From Mobula hypostoma (Eukaryota), in contig NC_086097.1 in assembly GCF_963921235.1 (NCBI RefSeq), positions 137,702,001-137,766,000 on the forward strand: a stretch of 64,000 nt of DNA. Direction: 5' to 3'. Every line of letters starts with the position of its first letter. The first letter of the stretch is position 1. This document shows positions 62,237 through 64,000 of the stretch, one piece after another. Both the position numbers and the translations under genes were made by a program. The notes below the pieces were generated by a model. That model made no database searches, was not told the origin of the DNA, and saw only the letters and a list, made by a program, of their open reading frames with translations.

Positions 62237-64000
62237 ATAGAAACATAGAAACATAGAAAATAGGTGCAGGAGTAGGCCATTCGGCCCTTCGAGCCTGCAC
62301 CACCATTTATTATGATCATGGCTGATCATCCAACTCAGAACCCCGCCCCAGACTTCCCTCCATACCCCCTGATCCCCGTAGCCACAAGGGCCATATCTAA
62401 CTCCCTCTTAAATATAACCAATGAACTGGCCTCAACTGTTTCCTGTGGCAGAGAATTCCACAGATTCACCACTCTCTGTGTGAAGAAGTTTTTCCTAATC
62501 TCGGTCCTAAAAGGCTTCCCCTTTATCCTCAAACTGTGGCCCCTTGTTCTGGACTTCCCCAACATCGGGAACAATCTTCCTGCATCTAGCCTGTCCAATC
62601 CCTTTAGGATTTTATACGTTTCAATCAGATCCCCCCCTCAATCTTCTAAACTCCAACGAGTACAAGCCCAGTTCATCCAGTGTTTCTTCATATGAAAGTC
62701 CTGCCATCCCAGGAATCAATCTGGTGAACCTTCTTTGTACTCCCCTATGGCAAGGATGTCTTTCCTCAGATTAGGGGACCAAAACTGCACACAATACTCC
62801 AGGTGTGGTCTCACCAAGGCCTTGTACAACTGCATTAGTACCTCCCTGCTCCTGTACTCGAATCCTCTTGCTATAAATGCCAGCATACCATTCGCCTTTT
62901 TCACCGCCTGCTGTACCTGCATGCCCACTTTCAATGACTGGTGTATAATGACACCCAGGTCTCGTTGCACCTCCCCTTTTCCTAATTGGCCACCATTCCT
63001 GACGAAGGGTCTCGGCCTGAAACGTCGACTGCACCTCTTCCTATAGATGCTGCTTGGCCTGCTGCGTTCACCAGCAACTTTGATGTATGTTGCTTGAATT
63101 TCCAGCATCTGCAGAATTCCTGTTGTTTTCAGATAATAATCTGTTTTCCTATTTTTGCCACCAAAGTGGATAACTTCACATTTATCCACATTAAATTGCA
63201 TCTGCCATGAATTTGCCCACTCACCCAACCTATCCAAGTCACTCTGCATCCTCCTCACAGCTAACACTGCCGCCCAGCTTCGTGTCATCCGCAAACTTGG
63301 AGATGCTGCATTTAATTCCCTCATCCAAGTCATTAATATATATTGTAAACAACTGGGGTCCCAGCACTGAGCCTTGCGGTACCCCACTAGTCACCGCCTG
63401 CCATTCTGAAAAGGTCCCGTTTATTCCCACTCTTTGCTTCCTGTCTGCTAACCAATTCTCCATCCACATCAATACCTTAACCCCAATACCGTGTGCTTTA
63501 AGTTTGCACACTAATCTCCTGTGTGGGACCTTGTCAAAAGCCTTTTGAAAATCCAAATATACCACATCCACTGGTTCTCCCCTATCCACTCTACTAGTTA
63601 TATCCTCAAAAAATTCTATGAGATTCGTCAGACATGATTTTCCTTTCACAAATCCATGCTGACTTTGTCCGATGATTTCACCGCTTTCCAAATGTGCTGT
63701 TATCACATTTTTGATAACTGACTCCAGCAGTTTCCCCACCACCGACATTAGGCTAACTGGTCTATAATTCCCCGGTTTCTCTTTCCCTCCTTTTTTAAAA
63801 AGTGGGGTTACATTAGCCACCCTCCAATCCTCAGGAACTAGTCCAGAATCTAACGAGTTTTGAAAAATTATCACTAATGCATCCACTATTTCTTGGGCTA
63901 CTTCCTTAAGCACTCTGGGATGCAGACCATCTGGCCCTGGGGATTTATCTGCCTTTAATCCCTTCAATTTACCTAACACCACTTCCCTACTAACATGTAT
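62237..64000 (-). mobile_element. Young CR1 LINE (continues past the window end)
   Basis: Clean RT ORF 63239..63982; (TTTCTATG)n tail at 62237-62260; frameshifts downstream of the RT core. Confidence 0.96.
62999..63127 (+). mobile_element. Penelope-derived short element with an intact hammerhead core, inserted into the CR1
   Basis: CTGACGA-AGGGTCTCGGCCT-GAAAC-GTC-GACTG; the CR1 sequence CCATTC|AGATAAT resumes on both sides; TTC is duplicated. Confidence 0.85.

Noticed and set aside
62237-64000. Active autonomous CR1
   Set aside because: Frameshifts near 63245 and 62740 plus a nested insertion; the 5' part lies outside the window.

Overview
Vertebrate nuclear DNA, most likely a cartilaginous fish and probably a ray (inferred from the repeat families, not proven). 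Three spliced protein-coding genes can be read by hand with phase-consistent GT-AG exons. TCAIM lies on the minus strand (9 coding exons, 18026 to 116; the last exon is outside the window). SLC39A6/ZIP6 is complete on the minus strand (9 coding exons, 47029 to 21181, 717 aa). The first 5 coding exons of CNOT10 lie on the plus strand (52712-58108), head-to-head with SLC39A6. Introns are full of CR1 LINEs (one near full length), L2/Rex/RTE-like fragments, tRNA-derived SINEs, a solo LTR, hAT and Tc1-like non-autonomous DNA transposons and four minisatellites. The most notable structure is a family of about 20 short, often palindromic elements. Their consensus folds as a minimal hammerhead ribozyme (CAGUC-CUGAUGA-stem II-GAAAC-GUC-GACUG). 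Several carry ~13-bp target-site duplications, and two are joined to the C-terminus of a Penelope GIY-YIG ORF. ZIP6 also carries an Asp-to-Asn change in the HEXPHEXGD motif. Gene names come from remembered human protein sequences, no searches were run, and repeat boundaries are approximate.
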